A stretch of 64,000 nucleotides of DNA from Chrysemys picta bellii. Its lineage: Eukaryota. The stretch covers positions 110,298,001 through 110,362,000 of the forward strand of contig NC_088798.1 of NCBI RefSeq assembly GCF_011386835.1, given 5' to 3'. Below, one piece after another: positions 24,961 to 39,300 of this stretch. The translations under genes and the position numbers were made by a program. Numbering within the stretch: the first letter of the stretch is position 1; each line of letters begins with the position of its first letter. Below the pieces are notes generated by a model. That model saw only the letters and a program-made list of their open reading frames with translations, was not told the origin of the DNA and searched no databases.

Positions 24961-27900
24961 CAGGGGAATGTAACCTACCGTGAGACTTTACTATTATTGC
25001 TCCTACAACACCCCAAACTGGGGCTGCTTGTCACATAACGAGGCAGATCCATGTCCCAAGGGATCACAATTGAAATAGACACCCCACTGATAAAGGCAGG
25101 GAGGGGAAGAGATGGCCTTTGGGCCAGAAGATGCATTGGACAGACTGCCCTGCTTTCCAGACTGCCGTGCTACTGAGGTGTCTGCACAAGGTGTAATCAG
25201 CACGGGGGTGTGGGAGCACGTGTGTTTGTGAGCACTACCTAGTGCAGCTTTAAATTGTGTAAAGGCTCTTGTGCAAACTGGGTCTCTCAACATGTTATGG
25301 CATCAACCCCAGAAAACTATAGTCACACAGAGAGCCAAGACAGAGAGGAGGGAGGGAAGACACATTTTACTGAGGAGATTTTAAAATAGATGGGGAGCTG
25401 CTGAGGCAAATTATGTGCACACGGTTGCAAGTGAGTTTGTGTTAAGAGGTTTACAGGCCATTTCAGGTCTGCAGAATCAGCAGGATGTAAGAACATTTTG
25501 GCCAGACCTCCTTCCACCCCAGATCCATCCCTCCCTCCTTTGGCTCTTCCAGCCCCAGATGCTTCCTGCACTGGGGAAGGGGGCATGCTGTGGAGCCTGG
25601 TGGCAGGGCAGCTCAGAGCCTATGGGACTAGGGTATTCCTCAGGGAAGCTCAGGCCTTCGTTTTGCCCCTTGCAGGCAATGCTGATGTGCCCCTCCCTGG
25701 TGCCTAATTGAGCATTAGCAACCCCAACCATTTCAAAAGCGAGTCAAGCCCCAGTAAATCGGGCTCTTGGCTTCACAACGATGAGCTGCTCAGAACCGGT
25801 AGCCAGTCTCTTCCCAGAGGCGTGCGTGTGTTGCATAGTGCGTGTAATTACTGAGTTAGAAGGTGCTGGTGCTTTGCTTGGGTCCCTGTTTTGGAGTGCG
25901 CTTGGCTGGTGCTTGCATCCTTGTCTCTGCTGCAACCAACATCACGCCCCAGGATCCCGACTCCCTGAGCTGGTGACAGCTGGGGAGGGGACGCAAAGGA
26001 ACAAAACCAGGCCCGGCTGGGAGTGAGCGAGTCTGATTCAGAGGCCCTGATTGTGTCACATCTCATGACTAAAGCAGGCAGGGGCGGCAAGGAGAAAGAT
26101 CATCCCTGTGCTGTGCTCTGTGTAGCTGACACCGGGAGCAGAAGAGGCTCCCTGGGATTCCCTTTGAAACACCTCAGCTGCCTTCCCGTGAGCTGGTGAA
26201 ACCCAGCGAGCCAGGCTGGCTGCACGCTGAAGAATGTTTAGCAAAAAGCCCTGTGCTGCCCCGCTCCCACCCCCGTCCAGCACAGCACAATCAGGGCGCT
26301 GCATGCAGCCTCCTCTCAGGCAAGGCCAGATTCTAAAATTACTGCTGCTGATTAAAGGGCTGTCACTGATCTCGCCCACATATTCTCAGCACTCAAGACT
26401 TCCATGGAGAAGTGAGAGAGGTGCCACTTAGTCTGGTGTTGACAACATGGTCTTTATAAACAGAGCAAAGGGCCTGGAGGGAGCCTCTGCGGTTCCATTA
26501 CCACGAGACCCTATCATTGCAGCTCAGTAACGCGTGAACAGGAATGCTAGGTGTGCATGGCTGGAAAATCTGGATGCTTCATACAATCAGATGTTTCATC
26601 CCTGGCCAGTTCTGTTTCCTGTCATCAACTTCAATGGGTTTCACAATGCGAATCCCGATGATACATGTCCAGGGCCGAGCCCCAGGGCTGGGGAGCGAAC
26701 AAGTCCTGGCAGCACTGAACTCCTCACGTACACCTTCTGCGGAGAGCCAGGGCCTGTCACCATGCTCCACCAGGGCCAAGCACACATGCAGGTGGCTCGT
26801 ATTGCAGCAAGGTGAGCCGGGCTCTCCCCACAGTGCTGTGTGCTCTTTGAGTTTCCTAACTGTGGGATGGGGCACTTGCTGATTACTGAAGCAGATCACA
26901 GTTTCCTGCTCGTGAGGTCCCTTCCCCGTTTAAGCTGCAGATTTTGTTCTTTAGGGAGTGGGTTGTGAGGCCAAGCATCATTTCACCTTGGAACGGACTG
27001 TGACCCTCAGGGACATGGGCTCCCTGCTGCTATGGCTGTAATAAAGGACATCGATGTGCAAGGACACACACTGCCCACGAGTGGATGTGGTGACACTGCC
27101 CCTGTAAACAGCTGGAGGCATGGCTTGAAGCAGCCTGCAGTGCATGTGTCCCTGCCTAGCTCTGCCTGTACCCTGGCAACCTTCTGTGGGGACAGGGCTT
27201 GTTCATGGCAGAAATTCCAGCACCCGTAGGGGATGGGAGCAGCTTTGTCTAACTCCTCCAGTAATAGTACTTGCCCTCTACGCATCTCTAGCACCTGCCG
27301 GCCAAGGGTTCCAAGCACATTGGGAATGTCTATTCGTAAAGCTTCATAATCACCCCACCCTGGAGGGAAGGACCGTTGCCACCTTTGTGCAAAGGGGGAA
27401 ACTGAGGCATGGAGAGGGGATGAGATTTGCACAGTCGTGGTGAGGCAGAGATGGGCACAGAACCCCCTGTAGATACCATCTTTCTGGGAATAGCAGCATC
27501 ATGGAGGGATGGATCAGATGTTTGTAAGGGGGTGTTCTGGGTGACTTGTTCCAGGATTCCAGCTGGAGCCCTACTCTTTAGGTTGTCTTGAGTCCTGGTG
27601 CTGTTTGTGAAACGAGGGGCCTACATGTGTAAAGGGCAATAATCAAAACAGGCCCTGTCAGCCCGCTGGAACCACACCCCCCCGTTCCAGAGGCCCCCCG
27701 TGCCAGAGCCCAGTGTTCTGGTGCAGGGCGTGAGCACGGGGCTGGCAGAGAGGCCAAGGGGGCACTGAGACTGAATACTTGGTTTGCTCCCTAGGGCAGG
27801 GGCTCATAGCATGGAGCAGCTGTGGATGCAGCCAGTACCCGGTGGGCTGCCTCTGCTCCCAGCCAAGCCCACCCTGACCCAGCACCTTTGCGCCAACAGC

Positions 27901-28199
27901 AGCAGTGCTGCCCAGGGGCAGAGTACTGTATTTCTAGCTGCCTTGGATGTGCGGGAGCAGCTGGAAAGAGGGAGCGGGTGCTCTAGGGCCTGCAGCTCGC
28001 TGCAGATCCTGGCAAGGACGGGTTAGGCAGGCGAGGGTTTCCCCCCCAGGGTCTCCAGTGACTGAGGGAGTTAAAAGTTAACCGGCATTGCAAGGTTGGG
28101 CAGCAGGAGCTGAGCAGGGCTCTGTGGATCAGAACCTCCATGTGCCCCCCCGGGGCGGTGTTAACGGTGGGGGGGCGCTAAACAGGAATATCCCCCCCC

Positions 28200-29100
28200 C
28201 CAATAATGAAAAGCGACTATAGGGGCCCCCGGAGCTGCTGGGGCTCTCAGCAATTGCTTAATCCGCTCCTGCCTGCAGGGGGGTCCAGCAGCGGCCCCGT
28301 GGCTGGCGGGGCGGGGCGGGGCGGGCATCGCAGGGTCCCGCCCCCGGGCTGCGATCCAGGCCGGGCTTTGCCGCTCCGGGTTGGGTTCCCAGAGCGGCCG
28401 CGATGCGGCTGCGGGCGGGAGCGGCGTCTGGGCCGGGTTTTGCCTCTGCCCCGGCCGAGCTACAGCGGCCACGCGGAGCCCGCGCCGCGAGCCTGGTGAG
28501 TCCCGGGGCCGCCCGCGCGGGGCACGTGTCCGCCGAGCCTGGGCCCGACCTGCGGCGCCTGGCCCGGGCCCCCGTGATCCGGGCCCCGCATCCGGCTGGG
28601 GGCTGGCCCGGCCCGGCCCGGCTCGGCTCTGCGCGGGGTCAGGCCGGCAGGACACTGGCTTTGTTCGGGGTGCCCGATCCCGGCCAGGGCGTGGGTGGGG
28701 CTGGCCCGAGCCGAGCCGGGCCGTGCCGGGCCAGGCCGGGTGGGAGCGCGGAGCAGTTGGGTCGGGCTGCAGAGGAGCCGTGGCGGGTCTGGACCAGCTG
28801 CCGAGCGGCGGGTGGGGGGAGCCCGGGGCCCCGCTGCGGAGCGCTCGAAGGCCGGGGTCTCTCACTCGCCTACCCGGGCGCTGGGCGTCTCGGGGCTGGT
28901 CTGGGTCGGCCCCGTGTTCCTGGGTTCCCGAGCCGGGGGCGCGGTGCTCCTGGGATCTGCCCTGCACCCAGCGATTCCCGGGGAGCCGGGCTGGACCAGG
29001 GCGGGTACTGGAGAAAGGCCGTTTCTCGGTCACTATTGCTGGTGCCCGTGACATGGGGACAGGGGAGCGCCGCTGCCAGGCAGCCGCCCACCTCCCTGCC
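28200..29100 (+). promoter_or_regulatory. CpG island and probable non-coding first exon of N4BP3 (donor CTG|GTGAGT at 28495/28496)
   Basis: Dense CpG island with GC boxes and a consensus donor; the first coding exon of N4BP3 begins at an acceptor (36280), which requires an upstream exon. Confidence 0.65.
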
Positions 29101-30477
29101 AAGCGTGTCTGCTCTACTGGAGGGGACCCATCCCCGGCAAAACGGTGCTGTTGGTTTGAGATCGGATTCAGGATTCCTTAACCGGGGTCCCAGGTGCCTG
29201 AACTGCGGCCCCCAGGGCCGCCACCTGGCTCCGAGCTCTGCATGCCCCGAGCCCCGGGCTGCAAACCCCCCACTGCTGCCGGGCTGGTCTGTTCAGGTCA
29301 GGTTCCCTGCGGCCTCCGCACTGTGATAGCCGAGAGTGTAAGACTTAAATGTTTAAAACAGGTTATTTCCTCTCTGGACACATGAAAGATCCTGCAAATG
29401 GGGGTAAACAGGGGAGACCGGTGAACTGACTGTACCAGGTGCTGTCAGACACGCGGAGAACACAACAGGAATGTTTCCTTCTCCAGCTCCTGTGTTCTGA
29501 GCTGTTCCTGGCGGCAATAGACATGAACAGTGTTCAGACAGGAGCGTGGCTCTGGAGTGAACGGTGACCTCCTTCAGCAAGAATATGTCTGTGTTTCAGC
29601 AGGATTGCTGTCTCAGACATACCCGCCTGGCCTGTGGGACACCAGCCCGTTCTCCCCACTCTGACCTCCGCTCCTCAGCCTCTTTGCCTGGGCACCTGAC
29701 GCTGGATGCTCAGGGTTTGTGGTGTGGGCAGTGAGGGTTAGCGGACTTGGGCTCTTGGCTTATATAGCATGTGTTGGGCTTTACTAGGGTTTTATGCTTG
29801 AAAATCCCCCCGTCCCCCCATCCCCGCAGGTGTGTTCCTCGTTCTGCGCGCTGCTGGTCATTTTAGAGCTAAGGTGATCTGCGGTCCCCATCAACCTAAT
29901 GTTGTCTCCCCGTCACCGTTGTGAAGTGGTGTGTCTATAGAACTCGGGTTACAGAACCTGCTAGCTGGTGTCTGACAGCAAGGCCTTGGCAAGAGGAGGG
30001 ATGCAGGGTAGCGGCGGGAGTCGTCCTCGGGATGTGTGGTATGAGTATGGGTGGCTGAATGCCCTGTCCGGAGCTCGAACAGTTCCTAGGCTGGGCTGTG
30101 CTTTGGGACTCCATTGGGATAGCAGCTGGGGTACTGCGGAGGTGCTCAGGTGGTGTTCCCAAGCTGTGGTGTTCACCTGCCCTGGGGATTTCACAACCCA
30201 CAGGATCTGGCAGAAGAAGCCAGGAAACGCCTGCCATTTTCATGGTCTGGCGCTTCTGCCTCCGCTTGCCACAGGCATCTTGTGGCTGCCCAGGGAAGTG
30301 CCCATCTTCACTTAGGGGTTGATGATGTTTGGGGGTTCCTGGTTCTTCCCGTTGGAGTAAGAAGGGATGGGTGGCCCCGTGCTGAGTATCACTGCTCGGC
30401 ACCTGGGGGTGGTAAATAGCACCTGGCTCTTGGGGAGCTTGCCAGGGGCAGGGAGGTGGAGCAGCAATTGTCTGGTG

Positions 30478-30766
30478 CAGGAGTTCTCAAACTGCACTGA
30501 GACCCCCTTCTGACAACAAAAATTACTGCATGACCCCAGGAGAGGGGACTGAAGCCTGAGCTTGCCTGAACTCCGCTGCTGCTGGTGGGAAGCCAAAGCA
30601 GAAGCCCAAGGGCTTCAGTCTTAGGCTGGGGGCCTGTAATCTGAGGCCCTCGGGCTATGGCCCTAGGTGGTGGGGCTTTGGCTTTGGTCCTGGGCCCCAG
30701 TAAGTCTAAGCCAGCCCTGGCAACCCCATTAAAATGGGGTCGCAACCCACAGTTTGAGAACCACTG
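30478..30766. mobile_element. hAT (Charlie-like) MITE, 289 bp
   Basis: TIRs CAGGAGTTCTCAAACTG / CAGTTTGAGAACCACTG; TSD GTCTGGTG / GTCTAGTG (7/8). Confidence 0.85.
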
Positions 30767-33700
30767 GTCTAGTGTTTCCAACCAGTGCTGAGATTCTTGT
30801 CAGGTTTTGGAGAATAACCCCCAGCCTCCCTGCCTGGGACAGACTCCCTGGGGCTGCTGGATTCTTGCTGTTCATTGTGGTCAAGGGCATGCGGAAGAAG
30901 CCTGGCAAAGCCAGTCTCTAGGAGCCAACAAAGCCCATCTCCCTGGGGTCTGCAGGACTCAGGGGATTGGGCCATTTCCTGCCAGGTTGCTGGCATGAAT
31001 GCAGCCCAGACTGCAGGCTTGGTGGCCTGTGTGAAGAGCTGGGGGAGCGGGTGTCAGGCTAGTCCCCTAAGCCCTGAAAGCTGAATCTAATTTTCAAAAA
31101 CTCCATCTTAAGTGTGGGTTGCAGAGCCTGCCCCTGTGGGTAGCCACTGCTTGAGCCCTGCTCTGGGCTCTTCGCTGGCCAGCTCGAAATCCCAGGCAAC
31201 ACTGTACTGGCAGCATCTTCCCAGCTCCAGCTGTGTGGCCATGGGATGGGGCTGCTTTCTCATCCTGCCTCAACGTCTCCCACCCCACTCCCATGCTGCT
31301 CCAGGGCAGCTTGTGAAATCACAGGGCTGGTCTCCATTTGTCCCTGCCCCCCCAAGCACAGCACTGCTGGGTGGATGGCACCTTCCCTTGGAATGCAGCC
31401 CCAGCCCCTCTGTGAGTCGTGCTGTGGCCCTGGCCCTGGGGAGGTGTCTATGGTTTAAGTCCACCCAGGGTCTCTCCCACAGTCCCGGTGCCTGTCCCTT
31501 TTGTTACTGAAGACACAGGCTGCGCTGATGCCGGCCTCTCCAGAGCCAGGGCAGGGTACCAGGGCCCTGCCTGCTCCTGATGAAGTCGTGGCCAAGCTCC
31601 CATTGAATCCGGCCCACAAGCTCTGCTGCACTGCACGAGCTCTTCCCTAGGCTTGCGCTGCGGAGTGCGTGTGACCCACCCGGTCCGGAAGGGCCCTTCC
31701 AGCCCAGCGGGGTTGGAGCCCGGCAGGTGCCAGAGGCTGATTTGAAAGGAACTTCCAGACCAATCGGGATACAGGCCCGGGTCCTGGCAAGACTCTGTGG
31801 ACTCCAGAGGGGCTGGGGCATGTCCCATTGGCACCTGGAGGGAGCTGATATCCTTGCTTTGTGGCTGCCAGGGCAGTGCTTTGATTGCTGTGCAGTGTCG
31901 TGTGCAATGGACCAGCTGCCACCCAAGGAAGGGGCTGGGGAGTCACTCACTGAGCATTCCCTGTTCCCAGGGGCTCCTGGAGCAGGTGAGAACGTTCCTC
32001 ACGCCTGTGTGTCATGGATACCTTCAGGCTGCTCCCAATCTGTCTGCGCAGCAGGGGCTGGGAGTTAGCCAGGCCTCCTGCAGCTGTGGTCGCTACAGTG
32101 CTAAGCAGGTCCGGTGTGGCTCACCTCCCGGGAACAGCCAGGTGCTTTGGGGACCAAAGTAGGTGTCTCAGTAAAAGGGATGTTCTCCCCTGGCAGTAAG
32201 TGCTGACCCCACTGCCCCAGTGTGACGTTAGGGGGTGATGTGCTGCTGCAGCGCTCTTCCAGGGGTGATGTCAAATGGCACCACGCTGCGGGATTGAGCG
32301 AAGCCATGAAGGAGGCTTTTACAAAGAGACGCTCAGTCTCGATTTAGAGCCTCCAATGATGGAGAATTAACCCTGCAAGCTGCACCAATGGTTAATTCCC
32401 CTCCCTGTAAAAAGCTTGTGCCCCGTGTTCAGTCTGAAGTGTTTTATTCCTGTGTGACAGCATGTGGGGTTATCCTAGGGCCCAAGGAGGGTGGCTGTGT
32501 CCCGGCTGGGGCTGAGAGTTGCTTTCCAGTGCAACACACCTGGAATCCAGCTCAGGTCCCGTCCCCTCCATGGGGGTGTATACAGGGTTGTTCTGGGGTG
32601 GGCCACCTCACTGACGTGGCTCAGCCAGAGAGGCTGCCGCAGAAGAGAGCAAGGGGCCAGTGGGCCGAGAGGCCTGGAACTGCATGGTGCCCCCCCTGCC
32701 ATGTGCCCCTCAGGCAGCCAAAAAGCCCCTTCTAAGAAGAAGAAGCAGGGGAGGAGGCAGTGGGATGGCACCTGGGCACCACTTGCCTTGGTCTGCCAGA
32801 GCTGTGCACTCGAAGGGAGACGCCCACTGGGCACAGGTGTCAGTGGCATCTCAGGTACAGGGAGGAGATTGGGCCCAGGAGCTCCTGCAAGCTGAGCTGC
32901 TCCGTGGACCATCCCTGCTCCACAGAGGCAGTCCATTCCTTGGGGTGCTTGTGTGGGTCTTGGGGGGGAGTCGGCTGTGGGGTCTGGTCCCAGCAGCTTT
33001 TTCAGGGCGTGGGGCCTGCTGCTGGAGACTCTGGTGCTTGAGGTGCAGGGAGCCCTGCCCAGCCTCTGAGGAGCGAGAGCCCTTGCAGACCCCTCTGAGC
33101 TCCCAGAAGCATCCAGGGTGGCCCAGCTCCCCTGAGGAGCGTGGATCCCTCCTCCCCAGGTTGGAAGCCATATGCAGGTGGCTTGTGGGAGCAGATGCTG
33201 GGTTCCCTGGGAGGGAGATGACCTTGCAGGGCAGGAGCTGTCAGACAGGTTTGTGCGTGACAGTGATTAAAGGGGAGTTGTTTGTTTACACAGTGCCTGG
33301 TGCAGAGAGCTGGGGCGTTACACCTGAGCTGGGAGCTCCCTTGGGCCAGGGCAGTGCCTGACCCAGGCCCCCCAGCAGGGATCGGTCTGGCACTGGCAGT
33401 GCTGGGCTTGGAGCAGGCTGAGACCCCCTCCTCCTGTCCCCCAAGCTGCAGTGGTGCGACTTGTAACAGGTTCCCAGCTTTGGGCCTTGGACAGCTTCAC
33501 CTCCCCACCCCCATACTTGGCTGTCCTGTTCTCACTGGGGCTCTGAAGGGAAGTTTCCGCCCCACCCCCCCGGACGCTCGGGTATCCAGGGCTGAGTGTT
33601 CGAGGACAAGTGGGTGAGAGTCATGGCACAAGCTGTGCTTTCCCGACACAGGCAGTACTGCCGCATGGGCAGACTGGCAGCCGTGCTGTTCCCGTGCTTA

Positions 33701-36309
33701 GCCTGTTCATTTTTGGCTGTCGTGACGTTATTCCAGGGCTGGTTGGTCTTTGCTGGGCAAGTCATTTAACTGCTTTGTCTCACTTTCCCCATCTGTAAAA
33801 TGGGGCCTCTAGCGAACTCTGCCCCCGCTGGCTCTGCCGTCTTTGGCTGCCTGTCCCGGCGAAGAGCAGAGGGAAGGTGTTGGAGGCAGGGCACAGAGAG
33901 CAAGCCCCTGGAGACTGCCTTTGCCAGTGGAAATGCCACTGCCGATTTGGGTGCCCGAGGCAAAGCGTGAGCCTGCAGTAAGTGGGCAGCGGCCTTCGGG
34001 GGCATTGGGGTGAGGTCCGTAGTCCAGGGCAGGTGGAAATGCTGCCCAGAGCAAGGAGCTCTCCCAGTCGGGACCTCGTGGGCATCTTGCTGGTTCTCAG
34101 GCTGGGCTGGGTTCTCTGTGCTCCCTCCTGGTGCTGCAGCAGGCCCCAGAGCTGGCTGGTCTCGCTGTCCCCGCTGCTGCCAGGGTTGATGGGCAGGGAG
34201 CAGGCACTGGAGCCAGCCTGGGGAGTAGAGCATGTTGGGGATGATGCCGGGGTTGGTAGCCCTATGCACTGAGGGGGAGGCCTGACCACTGCCCTGGGTA
34301 GCACTGGGGAGGGAGGGGCTGTTCCTGTCCCCTGTGCTTCATGGGAAGGGCGAGGGGCTTGTTAGTTGCTAAGCAGCATTGTCAGTTTCCTCCTGGGCTT
34401 CCTCCCAGCAGGGCCCGGAGTGTGCTGCCTGGAACCTGCTAAGGAAACTGCCACTTCCTACCTCACGTCCTTCCTGTTCCTGCCTCCCCCGCTGGTGCCA
34501 TCTGGCCTGTGCCCCGCAGCCCCCATGCCACAGCATCTGCCTGGAATGGAGCATCTCAGCCCTTCCCCTCCTCAGGGCTGGGGCCGGGACGCTGGCTTCA
34601 ACCTCTGCTGCTGTCTGGAGGAGCTGGACGCCTCGCCCCTGTGCCCCTCCTCGAGGGGATGGAGTGGGGAGGGGGGGACAGGGAGCCCAGGCCATGGGGC
34701 CTTGGGTACGTGCAGGCCCGGGCTGCCAGTTGCCTTGCTCCTCTTGGTGCAGCTGGTCAGGCCCAGAAGGTTGAGGTAGGGCAGGAACCCTGTTCCGAGC
34801 CCATGGGACGTGGCAAGAGTTTGTCCATTGAGTGCAGTGGGGTCAGGACCAGGTCCCAACGGAAAAAGTTTCTGGCACATGTGGGGAGCTTCTGCCCAGC
34901 CAGACTTTCCATCCCAGCTGCAGCAGTGCCCTGGCGCCTGAGGGACTGTCTGGGGGCACCTTGCATCCGCCGCCTGGGGGCTCTGGCATTGCGCCGTTGC
35001 TAGGGCAGCACGTTCAGTGGCCCAGCCTCCAGCAAAGGGCCATGTCTCCCCCGCAGGGATTCCCCTGGTATCTTGCACTCGCACCTCAAGGCTGAAAGCT
35101 GGTGGGCTTCTTTCCCCCAGCTCCTGAGCTGGGCTCTGGGCCTTCCTCTGAAGGGAAAGGAGCTGCACCAAGGGGGAGGGGAGGCGCTGGCCTGTCATGC
35201 CCACAGTGGGTGCAGCTCAGACAGGGGCACTGCCCCCTCCTTGGGAGCCAGGGGGTAGCAGCCTCTGTAGCCCAGCCAGCCCTTAGCCCCTCTGCTGTGG
35301 CTCCCAACAGGGAGCTAAGTTGGATGCTGGATTTTGTGCTACTGAGACCCCAGTTTGTGGGCCCCAGGCCGCAGAACAGCCATGGAGGGGTGTCGTCTGC
35401 CTGCCTGGTCTGGATCCCCCACTCTCCTCTTGACTGCTCTCCCCTGAGCCGGCCCGAGGAGCGCCCCCAACGCAGTGCTGTGGCCAGGGTCTGGAAAGGC
35501 TCCTGGGAGGGTGGATGGGTGGGTGTAAAGACCATGCTGCTGGCCCAGGGTCCCGTCTGAGCTGGGAGGAGGCAGCCACAGCCGTGTGGGGACCAATTGT
35601 CCAGGAATCAGCCTGGGGACAGAGCCCAGGCGGGCGACTGGAGCTTGCCTGCCTGGCTGGGTGGCATGTGCTTGTTTTGGTTTCCCTCCCCAGCCCCCCA
35701 GGCGGGAGGAGGAGCTGGGTGTGGGAACCACCACGTCAGACAGGAGGGAGCAGTTCAGCCTTGGCTGGGTGGCAAGGCAGACCGACTTCCAGCCGGATCC
35801 TCCCAGCGTGCTGCTCCCTGGGGCTCGGCTCTGGCTGCCTGGGGGGAGCAGGTCAGTGGCAGAGGACCCTGCTTTATCTCTGGGGAACATGCTAGTGTCT
35901 GGCTGGCTCCTGTTGGGGTTCCCAGCTCCAGAGGCTGAAAGAAGGCACCTGCATCCTCAGCTTACAGGCCTGAAGGGAGCAGCTGGCGCCGTACAGACCC
36001 ACTCCCACCAGAGGCTGCTTGTAGGCAAGGGGTGGGGTGGGGGTCCCTGCATGGGGACCCTGGATGAGTCTTTGGGGCCCTGCTGTGAATGCTGGGAGTA
36101 GTAGTGGGCTCTGCATGACACAGGGAGATGTGGCCTCTCTGCCTCCCCTCTGGCTGGCTGGGCATCCATGGGGATGGGGGAGGGAGCCCTGCTCTCCCCC
36201 TCAGGGTGGGGCTGGTGGACATAGAGTGGCCCCAGCCACTCACGCCCCTTTGCTGATTGTCTGTTCCCTCCTTTGGCAGTGCTGGTACCACACGTTGGTC
36301 TAATTCTCC

Positions 36310-39300
36310 ATGGCAACAGCACAGGCCCCTCATGTGACCTGTGACCCTGGCAACTGCCTCCTTGACTCTTCCCTAGCCTCTGCGCCTGGGAGCTACGGCT
36401 GCGGCATGGGCAGCGTGGGCAGCTTGGTGGAGAAGCAGGACTTGACGCCTGTGGAGCTGCGGGCGGTGCTGGGGGGCTCGCGGGGGCTCCGGCAGCCGGA
36501 CGGCCTGCTCCGGAAGGGCCCGAGCCAGCGGGAGCTCTTCAGCTACCTGCACAGCGCCAGGAAGGAGCCCCGGGCCGAGAGGAAGCACCAGGCGCTGGGG
36601 GCGTCCTGCAACCGGGACTACGAGAGCGACCGTGAGAACCGGTCCCCTGACCGCTACTCCCGCGAGCACCACCGGGGGGCAGACTTCTCCAAGAGCTCGC
36701 TGCCGGAGCGGGGCCGCTTTGACAAGGTGAGGCCCTGGGTGATGGGCTGGGCTGGAGCAGCCCATGTGGCTAGGGATCCGCGGGACTAGTTGTAAGGATG
36801 TTTCCCACAAGTGCGTCGCACCAACCGCCCCTGAAATGCAGCTGTCTCTAGAGTGGAGTGCAGCCCCCAAATGGGAGCTGGTTGGCGCAGAACACGTGAG
36901 GAGGGGGCCCTTATGGACAGTCCCCATGTTCTCGGCGGGCCAGGTGGTGATGGGCCCCTGTAACTGCTGTGACAGCTGGGAGCTGCTGGAAGGTCCTTGT
37001 ACATAAACCTCATCTCTGTGTCCAGGGCAAAGGGGTGGGGCAGCCCTGAGCCATCCTGCAGCTGGGGACACAGACTGGGGTGCCTCAGCTCTTCTCCCTG
37101 CTGAGTGGAGAGGCAGCAGGGCTGGGTGGCTCTGCTGAGACCAGGTTGATCCTTGGCTCCCTTGTCTTTCAGTGTCGGATCAGGCCATCGGCCTTCAAGG
37201 CAGTGGCTGGGAAAGGCCTGGTTTCCATGCAGGGCCTGGCCTCATCTAAAGGGCAGAAGCTGTCGAAGAGCAACGGGAGCCTGCACACCCTCCTGTCCCA
37301 GAGCAGCACCAGCACCGGTGCCTCCTCCCAGCATGGCCACATGCGCACCCACCTGCTGCACACCATCAGCTTAGACGAGGCCTCCAATTCCAGCCACAAC
37401 TCCATCCAGAGCTTCCCCATCTACCCTCCCCACTTCAAACCTGCCCAGGGCCAGTTCAGCGCCTCTATGGGCCACATCAACCACATTGGGGGCTCCCTTG
37501 ACAGGGCCTCCTGGGGCCCCAGAGACCCCCTGGCAGTGGAGAAAGCACCTCTGTCCTGCAAGAGCATGGCCACGCTAAGCCGTCTGCAAAGCTCTGGGGA
37601 GCCCCCACCCCCCTACGAGTTCACCTACTCCCTGGAGGACGTGGTGAAGCAGCTGGAGGACCGGCTGCAGGAAAAGAGTGGGGAGCTGTGGCAGTTGAAG
37701 AGGAGCCTTAGCGAGACTGAAGACCCCTTCACGCAGGTGAGTGCAGTGGGGTTGGTCTGAGGGTGCAGGGCCCTGGGCCTGCTTCCCCCCACCCCCAAAG
37801 CAGGGATGCTAGTGTCTCATGTATTGCCCCCGTGCTGTTGTCTTGGAGCTCACTGTATGTTGGGGTCTGTGTGTGGTCCATGATTCCCTGGAGTGCTGTG
37901 CTGGCAGTAGTGTGCTGGTGTGTTGTGTCTGGTGCGAGCAGAGCGGGGGAAGGGCACATTCACCTCCAGAATCCAGTGACCTGTTGGGAAATGGGGAGCT
38001 TGGGCCCTGCTGCTCCCAGTGCCAGAGCATCGGGCTTGCTCCAGAGAGATTGGGCTTGAAAATCTCAGTGCACGAGGAGCCTTTTCCCCCTTGCACCAAG
38101 GGAAGGTGGCGGTGGGTGGCCCATAGGAGCAGCTGCCCAGCCTGTATGTGCTCTCTTGAGAAAATGGAGACATTTATGTTTCCGAAGCTCGTACTAGGGG
38201 GGGAATGGTCCAGTGCCGGGAGGTGAGCGCTGCTGTCCTGACTGTATCATGCTTGGAGATGGATTGTGTGTTGCTGCAGGGTGGCCCTTAGAGCTGCTGC
38301 TTCCCATTCCAGTGTCATGGGGCCAGGCTGCTCCCTGTGCTAGTGACTTCCTTTCACTAAGCCACCTCTAATCCACCATGGAGTTGGGGCAACTGCTCCC
38401 CGCTGCAGGGCTGGGATCCGGAGCAGCCTCAAATACTAACAAGCTGCTGGAGGGGGCTGGGCTGCCTGGCACTTCGCCCCAGGAGCTGGGCACAGACCTC
38501 TGCTTGTGCCAGCAGGTTTTCGAGGACAAACAGCATCTGTGGATGGATGCACTGGACGAGCTGAAGCAGATGTATGTCGCCAAGCTGCAGCAGGTGACCC
38601 AGCAGGCCCAGCGCAGCCAGCGGGCACTGCAGCTGCAGCTCTACAAAGCGCAGCAGGAGAAGAAGCGGCTGCAGGAGGAGCTGAGCCTGCACCAGGGCCA
38701 ATGCGAGGAGCTGAGGCAGTGGCAGCAGCAGTGTGAACGTGTCAGCCCCAAACTAGAAGAGACCAGGTGGGAGGTGAGTAAAGGAGAACCCTGCAGCTCT
38801 CCTTCACCCTTCTGCCCCAACAGCTGTCCTAGTGCCCCTCAGTCCCAACCCACAGCCTCAGCCCTCGGCACAGGCGCCAATTGTACCATGCTCTGAGGTT
38901 TTTGGGGAGGAACTTTTGGCTCAGGACGAGGCAGAGAGAGGCTGAGTCACTGTCATCTGTGACTTAATGCAGCTGTGGACCTGGGACTACAGCCAAAAGC
39001 CTAGTGACCCCCCCACCCCACCCCGCCTCCAAACCATCCCTCACACCCCTACAAAGCCTCCATTTCCTGCCTGTGGGAATCCCGAGAGTGCTGCCTGGTA
39101 TGGCTGCCCCATGGCAGGTTTAATGCTCTATGCCCCTGCCTGGCAGAGTTGGGATTGAATGGGGGTTTCCTCTCCAGATTCACCCAATGATTCTAAACCC
39201 CATCCCCCCTTTTCCTGTGCATCTCATATCTCGCTCTGTCCCTCTCCACCCTTTCTCTGCCTCTCCTGCAGGTTTGTCAGAAGGCGGCTGAGATCTCACT

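Noticed and set aside
28161-29326. Several 100-300 aa ORFs over the N4BP3 CpG island
   Set aside because: Low stop frequency from extreme GC content; no recognisable homology.
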